This document shows, one piece after another, positions 26,272 through 35,277 of a DNA stretch of 64,000 nucleotides. Position 1 is the stretch's first letter, and each line of letters starts with the position of its first letter. The DNA lies in the NCBI GenBank assembly GCA_963926405.1, contig CAWUXI010000019.1, forward strand, positions 3,316 through 67,315, in the 5' to 3' direction. The notes under the pieces were generated by a model that was not told the origin of the DNA, did not search any database, and saw only the letters and a program-made list of their open reading frames with translations. The position numbers and the translations under genes were made by a program. This stretch comes from an uncultured Flavobacteriales bacterium (lineage in GTDB: Bacteria; Bacteroidota; Bacteroidia; Flavobacteriales_D; Parvicellaceae).

Positions 26272-28671
26272 ATGATTAAAAGCCTAAAATATAGTTTTTT
26301 TGTTATCTTGTTTTCATTTGGAATTTTTGGAACTAGTTATTCTCAAATTGACACCAGTGCACTTGAAAAAAAAATGGAACATGCCTCTTTCAAACAAAAA
26401 TTTGAAACTGCAAATTCATTTATGGAAGATCATCTGTATGAATTTGCGGTTAAAATTTGGTTAAATTTAATTGAAGAGCAACCTACTAATTCCAATTTAA
26501 ACTATAAATTAGGATTATGTTATCTTCACTCCGGTCTAGAAAGAAATAAAGCTTTAAAACACCTTCTTGTTGCAGCTAAAAATATTTCTAATAGATATGA
26601 CCCATTTTCATCAGGTGAAACGAATTCCCCTTTTGAAACCCACCTTTATTTAGGCCAAGCATACCACCTAAATGAAAGATTTGATGATGCACTGGAAGAA
26701 TACCAGCACTTTAGAGAAGAAGTCAGCAGCAAGCATGACCTGTTCAATAAAAATGAAATGTATACCGTATACGCGATTAATGCGAAAAAAGAAGTTGCAG
26801 CAAAAAAGAACTTTGAAATCACCAACATAGGTATTCCAATTAGTAGTGCATTTTCTGACTTTAGCCCTGTTATAACTGCAGACGAAAGCGCTATATTTTT
26901 CACTTCTAGAAGGATGAGAACTGATAGTAATCAAGTTTCCAATGAATTTAATTTCACCCCACAAGACGGCAAACATTATGAAGACGTTTATGTTGCATAT
27001 AAAAACCAGGAAACTGGAACTTGGGAAGAACCAGAACTAATGAATTTTAGCAACCCTAGAAGTAACCAGGCTACAATCAGCGTTTCTGGTGATGGACAAT
27101 TTCTATTTATTTATAAAGATGACAATGGAGACGGGAACATCTACATTTCAGAAAGAGAAGGCTTTGATTATGGTGACCTAAAATACTTAGGAGGTAAAAA
27201 CACTGAAATAGACATTAATACATCTTATTGGGAGACTCACGCTACACTTTCTGCAGATGGAAAAACACTTTACTTTGTAAGTGATCGACCTGGAGGGCTT
27301 GGAGGTAGAGACATCTACAGAAGTATAAAGCTACCTAATAACGAATGGAGCAAGGCCTTTAATGTTGGCGCTCCTATTAATTCCGAACATGATGAAGAAT
27401 CCCCATTCTTTCACCCAGATGGTAAAACACTATACTTTAGCTCAAATGGGAGTATGAGTATGGGTGGATTTGACATTTTCTTTACCAAGAATAAAGAGGA
27501 TGGAACTTGGACCACTCCACTTAATATAGGATACCCTCTTAATACGGTCGGTGATGATGTATACTTCTCCACAACAATTGATGGAAAAAAAGGTTATTAT
27601 TCTTCTGCACATGAAGGAGGACTAGGAGAAAAAGACATCTACACCATAAAGTTAGATACGACAATTATTGAACCAATATCTATCCTTACTGGTTATATTG
27701 CTAAAGGTTCAGAAGCTCAAATTCCTGCTGGAATAATAATATGGGTTACTGACTTAACTGAGGATGGTGACCCTATTAAATATAAACCCAACAGAAGGAC
27801 GGGCTCTTATATCTTTGCTTTAATTCCATGTCATGAATATGCCGTGGAGTACATGATAGGAGAAAACACTTTTCATGAAACGGAATTTAAGGTGCCATGT
27901 AACTCCGACTATCATGTAATTGATAAAGTTATTACACTTGGAGGTCTATCATTAAACGTTTCAGATGCAGACACTAATATAACTCAAAACACAATTGACA
28001 ACGAACTCGACAGCAGAAAGGATCAATGGAAATTCCAAATATACATGAATGACCAGCCATTTGAATTGGAAGGAATTGCAGCTATCATGAATAAAGAAAA
28101 TTCAGAATACAGCGAATTTATAACCAAAGGCACATTTAAGTATCGAGAATTAGAATCTAAAATAGATCCATTCTTTGAAATAGAAACAGTTGACATTGCT
28201 ATTTGTGATAAGATATCTATTAAAATATTAGATGAAAATGGAAAAGTGGTTAATTTACCAACACGAAACATTCGATGCAAAACTATCATCAGCAACGTTA
28301 AACCTGTTGCTTTCCAAAAATTCTATGGTTATAATGAGAAAGGTGTGGAATCCGAAGAAGAAAGATTTACAGCATTTTTAGAGGGGGTTCAAAGGATTCT
28401 AAACCAAAAAGGAACCGTTAGTATTGAAATAGAAGGCAGTGCTTCTTTTGTCCCAACTAGAACGTTTGGTTCAAATAAAAAACTATCTATATATAGAAGT
28501 ACCGAAGCCAAAGAAATGTTGATGAATAAATTAACAACTTTTGGCGTAGACCTATCGAAAGTAAAAATTGTAGCTAACAAATCTCTTGTGCAAGGACCCA
28601 AGTATAACGGTGACTTTAAGAACACAGAAAAGTATGGTAAATTCCAATATTTAAAACTAAAAGCATTCTAA
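26272..28671 (+). CDS. TPR / PD40 (TolB-like beta-propeller repeat) / degenerate OmpA-like envelope protein
   Basis: 799 aa with a signal peptide and N-terminal TPRs. It has repeated PD40-type motifs (DGKTLYFVSDRPGGLGGRDIY, DGKTLYFSSNGSMSMGGFDIF). The C-terminal EGSASFVP...SNKKLSIYRSTEAKEML resembles an OmpA_C core. Confidence 0.7.
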   Translation: MIKSLKYSFFVILFSFGIFGTSYSQIDTSALEKKMEHASFKQKFETANSFMEDHLYEFAVKIWLNLIEEQPTNSNLNYKLGLCYLHSGLERNKALKHLLVAAKNISNRYDPFSSGETNSPFETHLYLGQAYHLNERFDDALEEYQHFREEVSSKHDLFNKNEMYTVYAINAKKEVAAKKNFEITNIGIPISSAFSDFSPVITADESAIFFTSRRMRTDSNQVSNEFNFTPQDGKHYEDVYVAYKNQETGTWEEPELMNFSNPRSNQATISVSGDGQFLFIYKDDNGDGNIYISEREGFDYGDLKYLGGKNTEIDINTSYWETHATLSADGKTLYFVSDRPGGLGGRDIYRSIKLPNNEWSKAFNVGAPINSEHDEESPFFHPDGKTLYFSSNGSMSMGGFDIFFTKNKEDGTWTTPLNIGYPLNTVGDDVYFSTTIDGKKGYYSSAHEGGLGEKDIYTIKLDTTIIEPISILTGYIAKGSEAQIPAGIIIWVTDLTEDGDPIKYKPNRRTGSYIFALIPCHEYAVEYMIGENTFHETEFKVPCNSDYHVIDKVITLGGLSLNVSDADTNITQNTIDNELDSRKDQWKFQIYMNDQPFELEGIAAIMNKENSEYSEFITKGTFKYRELESKIDPFFEIETVDIAICDKISIKILDENGKVVNLPTRNIRCKTIISNVKPVAFQKFYGYNEKGVESEEERFTAFLEGVQRILNQKGTVSIEIEGSASFVPTRTFGSNKKLSIYRSTEAKEMLMNKLTTFGVDLSKVKIVANKSLVQGPKYNGDFKNTEKYGKFQYLKLKAF

Positions 28672-28707
28672 TTTTAAAAGCACAGAAACTTTTAAAACCT
28701 GTATTGA

Positions 28708-28742
28708 AAAAGACTCATTTAGAAAATAGAAATGGGTCTTTT
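28708..28742 (+). terminator. terminator-like hairpin after the TPR/PD40/OmpA-like gene
   Basis: AAAAGACTCATTT (28708-28720) pairs with AAATGGGTCTTTT (28730-28742). That is 13 bp with one G-U pair and a 9-nt loop. The U-run is mostly inside the 3' arm. Confidence 0.5.
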
Positions 28743-28781
28743 GTGTAATCGGTACTTAATTTGTTTACTTTGTGATTAACA

Positions 28782-30320
28782 ATGTATGTGCAGCTGAAAA
28801 TAGCATTTATAGTGGCGTTCTTTATGAATTACCCACTTTCTTGGTCGCAAACACCTGACCCTCGATTTGCTGATGATTTGTTTAAAAAAGGAAATTTTTT
28901 AGCAGCAATACCTGAATACAAAAAACATTTGAAACTTGAATCCAAAAGCGAAAAAGCATTAACCAATCTGGCCCTATGCTACCTAAATAGCAATTTAGAC
29001 AAATCGGCCGCCATAAAATATTTGGAAAGGGCAAAAGAATTAGAAAAAAAAGACAAAGAAGTACTTTATTATCTAGCACTAGCCTACACCCATGGAAATA
29101 ATTATAGCAAAGCTATAGAAACCTTAAAAGAGTATCAAAAAGAACCCGGGAAGCATATAGAAGAAATACCCAACTTAATTGAAAATTATACTATTGCATT
29201 AGACATGATCAACAAACCAATCAATGTCTTATTTCAAAATATGGGGCCATATATCAATTCTGAATTTCCAGACTACAATCCATTCGTTACAAAAGATGAA
29301 AAGACACTTGTGTTCACTTCTCGCAGAAAAGAGGGTAAGGGCCCAATGGAATTTGACGGGTACTACTCCTCGGACGTATATGTTTGTTCATTTGATGGAC
29401 TTAAATTTTCTGGAGCAAAAAACTCTGGATCATTAAACAGCATATATGATGAACAATGTGTCGGTATCTACGATGATGGGGCAAAAATATTCGTTTACAT
29501 AGATAATTTCGCTACAGGAGAAAGAGGCAATATTTATGAAGCTGAAAGAAAAGGACCTATTTATAGTAAAAAGAAAAAAATAAAGGAAGGAGTAAACACC
29601 AAATATCTTGAGACATCCACATCAATTTCTAGTGATGGAACTGCTTTTATATACGCAAGCAACCGATCAGGAGGATTTGGAGGCCTAGACATCTATATGA
29701 CCAAGCAACTTCCGGACGGAATTTGGGCAACGCCACAAAACCTATCTACTATAAATACTCCTCAAAATGAAGATTTCCCTACTTTATCTCCCGATGGACA
29801 AACACTCTATTTTTGTTCAAATGGACACAAAGGAATGGGTGGTTATGACTTGTACAAATCTAAATGGAATAGCGAAAATATGGAATGGGGATATCCTGAG
29901 AATTTAGGATACCCTCTTAATACCTCTTATGATGAAAAGACCATAAGCTTTGCTGATGATGAAAAACACGCATATATTACAGCTGTCAGAGAAGAAGGTT
30001 TTGGCGATTTAGATTTATACAGAATAACTTTTGAAGAGATTGAAGTTAGAGAAGCATTGTATACTATTGAGATCCAAGATATTGTTTCAAACACTAATAT
30101 AGAAGGTGGAGTTATTACTATATTCATGGATGACGAAGATGAGCCAAGGACATATCTAAGTAATACCAATACAGGTGAAATTACAATGATTCTTGATCCA
30201 GGAACGTATGAATTAGAAATTGAAGCAGATGGCTACGAGCTAAAAATCGTTAAACTTGTAGTTTCTGAATTTGACGCAGACCAAGGCGTGATTAAAAAAT
30301 TATTTAAACTTTCAAAATAA
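28782..30320 (+). CDS. TPR / PD40 repeat / carboxypeptidase-regulatory-like domain protein (paralog of the upstream gene)
   Basis: 512 aa with a signal peptide and the same TPR + PD40 motif series (DGTAFIYASNRSGGFGGLDIY, DGQTLYFCSNGHKGMGGYDLY). The C-terminal is an Ig-like segment (DPGTYELEIEADGYE). Confidence 0.7.
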   Translation: MYVQLKIAFIVAFFMNYPLSWSQTPDPRFADDLFKKGNFLAAIPEYKKHLKLESKSEKALTNLALCYLNSNLDKSAAIKYLERAKELEKKDKEVLYYLALAYTHGNNYSKAIETLKEYQKEPGKHIEEIPNLIENYTIALDMINKPINVLFQNMGPYINSEFPDYNPFVTKDEKTLVFTSRRKEGKGPMEFDGYYSSDVYVCSFDGLKFSGAKNSGSLNSIYDEQCVGIYDDGAKIFVYIDNFATGERGNIYEAERKGPIYSKKKKIKEGVNTKYLETSTSISSDGTAFIYASNRSGGFGGLDIYMTKQLPDGIWATPQNLSTINTPQNEDFPTLSPDGQTLYFCSNGHKGMGGYDLYKSKWNSENMEWGYPENLGYPLNTSYDEKTISFADDEKHAYITAVREEGFGDLDLYRITFEEIEVREALYTIEIQDIVSNTNIEGGVITIFMDDEDEPRTYLSNTNTGEITMILDPGTYELEIEADGYELKIVKLVVSEFDADQGVIKKLFKLSK

Positions 30321-30323
30321 CAT

Positions 30324-31085
30324 ATGAATTTACAATTGAGTAGACCACTTGCATTCTTTGATTTGGAAACAACTGGAACAAATACAGCAAAAGATCGAAT
30401 AGTTGAAATAGCTATAGTTAAATTAAATCCAGATGGCTCTAAAGAATCTTATACTAAAAAAGTAAATCCAGAAATGCCAATCCCTATTGTTGTTTCGGAA
30501 ATACATGGAATCTATGATGTTGACATTTTAGATTGTCCTACATTTAAAGATATTGCTGAGGAAGTAAAAACTTTTATTGCCGAAGCTGATTTGGCCGGAT
30601 TTAATTCCAACCGATTTGACATTCCTTTGCTCGTTGAAGAAATGTTAAGATCAGGAATAGATCCAGAGTTTGACAAAAAAAAGTTTGTTGACATACAAAA
30701 TGTTTTTCACAAAATGGAGCAAAGAACTCTAGTGGCTGCTTACAAATTTTACTGCAACAAAGACCTCACTAACGCACATAGTGCAGAAGCTGATACGATG
30801 GCTACTTTAGAAGTATTGGAAGCTCAAATAGCAAAATACGACACCATACAAGGTGATGTAGATTTTTTGAGTGATTTCACAACAATGGGAGCGAAAACCT
30901 TAGACTTTTCTAAAAGAATTGCAATCAATGAAGAAGAAATACCTGTTTTTAATTTTGGAAAGCATAAAGGGATACCTGTGATAGATATCTTTAAAAAAGA
31001 ACCTGGATACTTCAATTGGCTAATGAAAGGTGATTTTACACGCGATACAAAAAATAAATTTAGGAAAATTAAAGAAGAAATGTAG
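30324..31085 (+). CDS. DEDDh 3'-5' exonuclease (DnaQ/epsilon-like)
   Basis: 253 aa. Exo motifs FFDLETTG, NSNRFDIPLL and HSAEADT. Confidence 0.85.
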   Translation: MNLQLSRPLAFFDLETTGTNTAKDRIVEIAIVKLNPDGSKESYTKKVNPEMPIPIVVSEIHGIYDVDILDCPTFKDIAEEVKTFIAEADLAGFNSNRFDIPLLVEEMLRSGIDPEFDKKKFVDIQNVFHKMEQRTLVAAYKFYCNKDLTNAHSAEADTMATLEVLEAQIAKYDTIQGDVDFLSDFTTMGAKTLDFSKRIAINEEEIPVFNFGKHKGIPVIDIFKKEPGYFNWLMKGDFTRDTKNKFRKIKEEM

Positions 31086-31087
31086 TC

Positions 31088-31702
31088 ATGAAAATTATCT
31101 GTATTGGGAGAAACTATGCGAAGCATGCTAAGGAATTAGGGAATACTGTTCCTACTGAACCTGTTTTTTTTATGAAGCCAGATTCTGCATTATTGCCAAA
31201 AAAAACGACTTTTTTCTATCCAAACTTCACAAAAGACCTTCATTACGAAGTTGAGCTTGTTATAAAAATTTGTAAGCTAGGTAAAAATATTTCTGAAAAA
31301 TTTGCGGGAACTTATTACAATGAAATTGGTTTAGGAATTGACTTTACTGCTAGAGATATTCAGCTAGAATGCAAAGCCAAAGGTCTTCCCTGGGAAAAAG
31401 CAAAAGCATTTGATTATTCAGCACCATTATCGAGAGAATTAATTCAAAAAAGTGAATTTAAAAACTTAAACGACATAACTTTTTCATTGGAGAAAAATGG
31501 GGTGTTAGTTCAAAAAGGAAATTCAGAAGATATGCTTTTTGATTTCGATCATTTGATCTGTTATCTCTCCCAATTTATGACCCTGAAAATTGGTGATTTA
31601 ATATTTACAGGCACACCTGCCGGTGTTGGCCCAGTTCAAATTGGAGACCAATTAATTGGATACATCGGAGACAGAAAAATGCTTGATTTGAGCATCAAAT
31701 AA
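31088..31702 (+). CDS. fumarylacetoacetate hydrolase (FAH) family protein
   Basis: 204 aa. FAH-fold pattern (HYEVELVIKI...DFTARD...GDLIFTGTPAGVG). Confidence 0.85.
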   Translation: MKIICIGRNYAKHAKELGNTVPTEPVFFMKPDSALLPKKTTFFYPNFTKDLHYEVELVIKICKLGKNISEKFAGTYYNEIGLGIDFTARDIQLECKAKGLPWEKAKAFDYSAPLSRELIQKSEFKNLNDITFSLEKNGVLVQKGNSEDMLFDFDHLICYLSQFMTLKIGDLIFTGTPAGVGPVQIGDQLIGYIGDRKMLDLSIK

Positions 31703-33347
31703 CCACAATAGTGGTAGTTGCTCTATTTCCTTCTGCAGATTGGACTTCAATAATGTAATTCCCCGAAGGCAAAACGTTTAATTGGCTCAAGACAAGCTGA
31801 TTCTTTCCCTGCAGAACTGTATCCGATGCTGAAACTATTAAATCTCCTTTTTCCGAATAAAGTCGAATTACTACTCCCTGACTAACTTTACTAACGAAAA
31901 TTATATTAACCACATCTATAACAGGAATAGGAAATATATCTTCAATTAGATCTTCTCTGGGATGACTGTAAACAAAGCCAGTTTCTTGACTATACGCTTT
32001 AAATACATTTGGCACTCCATACCCCAATAAACTATCTGGACTACTAAACTGACTAGAGCTTTCCTCTATTAATCGCATTATCTCAATATTGGTTTTATTT
32101 GGCAAAGATTGCCATAAACAAGCAACCATACCTGTCATCATAGGAGCACTAAAAGAAGTCCCATTTCCTTGAATAACTTCACCTGTAAATGGAGAAATTA
32201 AATAGGTATTCCAACCAACAGAGGCAACGTTGGGTTTTATATCATTATCTGATGCTGGACCAACACTGCTAAAAAAAGCATATGTGCCATTACTATCAAC
32301 AGCAGCAACGGTAAGGACACTATCTGCATCAGCGGGAGTGCTTATATATTGCCATGGAGAAGCACCTGAATTACCTGCACTAATACATAATAAAATTCCT
32401 TTTGATGCAGCAATATCGGCAGCTTTTGCAATAACCGTAGTATTCCCATCCAAATCAGAATATACATGGTTCTGAAGGCTATCATCAAAAGTTGTATATC
32501 CCAATGAGGTATTTATTATATCTACTCCTACGGAGTCAGCATATTCAGCTGCAGCAATCCAATTATACTCCTCAAGTAGCGTTTCAGAAGCTACATCCTC
32601 AGACCTTAATAAATGAAAACTAGCCATAGGAGCTGTTCCTTTAAACTCGCCATCAATTGAACCTGCAATTACTGACAGCACCATCGTTCCATGCTGATGA
32701 TCTTCATACACAGATTCTCCTCCATTAACGAAATCACGGGTGGACAATATTCTTCCTTCATTAAAAACATCTTCTAATGCATCTAATTCATTTGCTCTGA
32801 AAAAACCTGCATCAATTATGGCTATATGCATTTCTTGCCCCCTAAACCCCAGATCTTGCATTTTATCAGCCTCGTGCAATGCTAATTGATTATACGAATA
32901 TCCATATGGATAATGAGGAATACTCAATAAATTAATTTCATTTTTTGTAATCGAAATATCATCGAACTTATCGATAATTTTGTCTTTTTTTAAAGATTTT
33001 ACTTGCACCACATTAGAAACAAAAGAGTAATTTAAAATAGTACTTAATGATGCCGTATCATCCGTAGTAATGGCAATAGCATTAAACCATTTAGAAGCTT
33101 TTAATAGATCAAAATCTCCAGAAACTAATATAGAATCGATATAAGTTTCATTTACTGGGAGATCGTTTGTTAAGATAGAAATGCCTGCATTCGCCCTCCT
33201 TTCAATACTCTTCTGTGACAGAAACTGAGATGGTTGATTAACTGAATATCGAGAATTGTTTTTATCTGTGAAAGATATCCAAAAACTAGAATTCTGTGAA
33301 AAAAAGGAAAAGGGGAAACAAATAACGAGAATTACAGTTATTTTCAT
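31695..33347 (-). CDS. S8 (subtilisin-like) serine peptidase with T9SS-type C-terminal sorting domain
   Basis: 550 aa with a signal peptide. Catalytic contexts are AIIDAGF (Asp), HGTMV (His) and GTSFSAPMM (Ser). The last ~80 aa are beta-rich and resemble Por/T9SS C-terminal domains. Confidence 0.85.
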   Translation of the reverse strand: MKITVILVICFPFSFFSQNSSFWISFTDKNNSRYSVNQPSQFLSQKSIERRANAGISILTNDLPVNETYIDSILVSGDFDLLKASKWFNAIAITTDDTASLSTILNYSFVSNVVQVKSLKKDKIIDKFDDISITKNEINLLSIPHYPYGYSYNQLALHEADKMQDLGFRGQEMHIAIIDAGFFRANELDALEDVFNEGRILSTRDFVNGGESVYEDHQHGTMVLSVIAGSIDGEFKGTAPMASFHLLRSEDVASETLLEEYNWIAAAEYADSVGVDIINTSLGYTTFDDSLQNHVYSDLDGNTTVIAKAADIAASKGILLCISAGNSGASPWQYISTPADADSVLTVAAVDSNGTYAFFSSVGPASDNDIKPNVASVGWNTYLISPFTGEVIQGNGTSFSAPMMTGMVACLWQSLPNKTNIEIMRLIEESSSQFSSPDSLLGYGVPNVFKAYSQETGFVYSHPREDLIEDIFPIPVIDVVNIIFVSKVSQGVVIRLYSEKGDLIVSASDTVLQGKNQLVLSQLNVLPSGNYIIEVQSAEGNRATTTIVVI

Positions 33348-34012
33348 TTACCGTAGGCTGTTACTGTCATTTCCAATTCTCTCCCACTGTTTATGTCTAA
33401 TATATTAGATAAATTAATATCTAAATCAATATGACTTTTATAAATCAGTCCTATATCAACCGCAAAAATCTCTTTTACTTTTTCATATTTCACAACATTT
33501 TCATTATCCCGTTGTATTACCGTAATTGTTGAATCGAAATTTAGGTTGTTTATTAATTTAGGGGTGTGCAAACTATCATAGTAATACTCCCATTCTTCTA
33601 GGTTATTAAAAGCATTTCCATCCCAATATTTTGAAGCATTTATTGGAAAGATTAATTTTGTAAACCTCACATTTTCTTCAACTCTTTCAGCGGTTGTTTT
33701 TGTTTTATTACTATACCATACATCTTTAATACTCCAATTAGAATTACTATCATCTCTCCAGTATCGCTCAATTCGATAAGTTAATCGACCTTCATTATCT
33801 AAGAATTCTTCGGTAGTTATCTCTCTCAGCTGGTACTCTGCGGTATCACTAGCAATTTCTGAATGAATAATATCCAATACATCATATTCTATCCAAGCAG
33901 CTACCTCTAAAGGGAAGTAACTATAATAATAGTTAACCGATTCACTATTAGATTTTTTACATCCGAAGAATAAGATTATGGAAGCAAATACGGTATATAA
34001 TAATCTATTCAT
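33344..34012 (-). CDS. hypothetical lipoprotein
   Basis: 222 aa with a lipobox (FFGCKK). Its start overlaps the upstream stop by 1 nt, and its stop overlaps the S8 start (ATGA). I recognise no motif. Confidence 0.6.
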   Translation of the reverse strand: MNRLLYTVFASIILFFGCKKSNSESVNYYYSYFPLEVAAWIEYDVLDIIHSEIASDTAEYQLREITTEEFLDNEGRLTYRIERYWRDDSNSNWSIKDVWYSNKTKTTAERVEENVRFTKLIFPINASKYWDGNAFNNLEEWEYYYDSLHTPKLINNLNFDSTITVIQRDNENVVKYEKVKEIFAVDIGLIYKSHIDLDINLSNILDINSGRELEMTVTAYGK

Positions 34013-34785
34013 TATAGCTTAGTTTTTTGTTCTGCTTTCGCTTTCTTTAATCTTTCCAAATGCCTTTCTAATACATCGTCTTCAATCACTTGTCCATCCC
34101 TATAATAAACCTTATTTTTAAAAGCTCCATCATCTTCATAGTACTTCCAATAGCCATATTTAACAGCATGTTTGTAAAAACCTTCTATTTCTACCTTTCC
34201 ACTTGAAAAGAACCATTTAACATTGCCATCAAAATTACCATCTTTATAAACACCTTCTGCTTTTACCTTACCTGAACTATAATACTGAATCCAATTTCCA
34301 TGCTTAAGGCCATCTTCATAGTTCGTGATTTCAAACTTTTTTACTTTACCATTTAGCGGATCACTAGGATAGTAAACAATGTTTTCCCCATTTAGTTTTC
34401 CGTTAACATAATTCTCCTTACTCATGATTTCTTTTCTATCATTAAAGGATAACCAGGTACTATCTTTCATTTTATCTGTATACTTTCCGGCTGCCATAAC
34501 TTTTCCATTTAAATGATACATTCGGGTATATGCCGTTTTATTATCATTCATGAAATCTGTAACTGCTGAAACTTCCCCTGTTAGGTAGTAATATGTAAAC
34601 TTCCCAATAGGTATATCATTTTCAAAAGCTCCTTCATACCTTTTCTTTTGAGTATCTTCATGAAACTTGACCCACTTACCTTGCTTTCTGCCTTTTGAAT
34701 CTGTCTTATTTCCATCACCCTGGGTTTGACTAAAACCCAATGATGTTATTAATAATAATTGAAAGACTAATACTATACTCTTCAT
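34012..34785 (-). CDS. secreted MORN-variant repeat protein (YwqK-like repeats)
   Basis: 257 aa with a signal peptide. It has tandem ~23-aa repeats of the G-x-W-x-x-Y-x-x-G type (GKWVKFHED, GKFTYYYLTGE, GNWIQYYSSGK, GNVKWFFSSGK). Confidence 0.75.
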   Translation of the reverse strand: MKSIVLVFQLLLITSLGFSQTQGDGNKTDSKGRKQGKWVKFHEDTQKKRYEGAFENDIPIGKFTYYYLTGEVSAVTDFMNDNKTAYTRMYHLNGKVMAAGKYTDKMKDSTWLSFNDRKEIMSKENYVNGKLNGENIVYYPSDPLNGKVKKFEITNYEDGLKHGNWIQYYSSGKVKAEGVYKDGNFDGNVKWFFSSGKVEIEGFYKHAVKYGYWKYYEDDGAFKNKVYYRDGQVIEDDVLERHLERLKKAKAEQKTKL

Positions 34786-34790
34786 CCGTA

Positions 34791-34798
34791 CAAATTTA
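34791..34798 (-). promoter_or_regulatory. -7 promoter box TAAATTTG for the MORN/lipoprotein/S8 operon (leaderless type)
   Basis: Perfect TAnnTTTG on the minus strand. ATG 34785 is 5 nt downstream. Confidence 0.5.
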
Positions 34799-34974
34799 CA
34801 TTATAATCTTATCAAAATCAACAACCCTGCCGATATAAGCGCAGTGACATTTGGAACAATTGGTTACAGAAGAAATATTGACCGCTTTTGGAACTCCTGT
34901 AGCATACTTTATTTTGCTTATAGTTTAGAATATTATATCTTAGCAGGAAGTTATAATTTATAAAAAAACTAAAA

Positions 34975-35217
34975 ATGAAAAAATTAGCAATGGTATTGGG
35001 TGTTGCAGCATTATTTGCTGGAACTACATCGTGTAAAAAAGATTTTGTATGTGAATGCACTGACAGTGGACTTTCCTACACAATCACTTTTAAAGAATCT
35101 AAAAAAGCAGCTGCTGCTGCAATGTGCGAAGGAAAAGGTATTGGAAGTATTGAGTACAATTTTGGTGGAGTAACGACTACCGCTTCTTCTGACAGCACTG
35201 GTTGTACTTTACAATAA
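34975..35217 (+). CDS. small Cys-containing lipoprotein
   Basis: 80 aa with a lipobox (AGTTSC) and four further Cys residues. It is followed by a strong terminator. Confidence 0.55.
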   Translation: MKKLAMVLGVAALFAGTTSCKKDFVCECTDSGLSYTITFKESKKAAAAAMCEGKGIGSIEYNFGGVTTTASSDSTGCTLQ

Positions 35218-35234
35218 GTAAAAAACTAACATTT

Positions 35235-35263
35235 AAGGGGGCAATATTAGCCCCCTTTTTTTT
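35235..35263 (+). terminator. Rho-independent terminator
   Basis: GGGGGC (35237-35242) pairs perfectly with GCCCCC (35250-35255). The loop is 7 nt and is followed by a T8 run (35256-35263). Confidence 0.85.
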
Positions 35264-35277
35264 CGCCGATCCAACAA

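Noticed and set aside
30324-31085. Stand-alone DEDDh exonuclease considered as a defence-related nuclease.
   Set aside because: It is an ordinary DnaQ-like housekeeping architecture. It is flanked by envelope and FAH-family metabolic genes, with no associated sensor or effector genes.
34012-34785. MORN-variant (YwqK-like) protein considered as an antitoxin of a toxin-antitoxin pair.
   Set aside because: It has a cleavable signal peptide, and no YwqJ-like deaminase toxin or any toxin gene is nearby. The neighbouring genes are a lipoprotein and a secreted peptidase.
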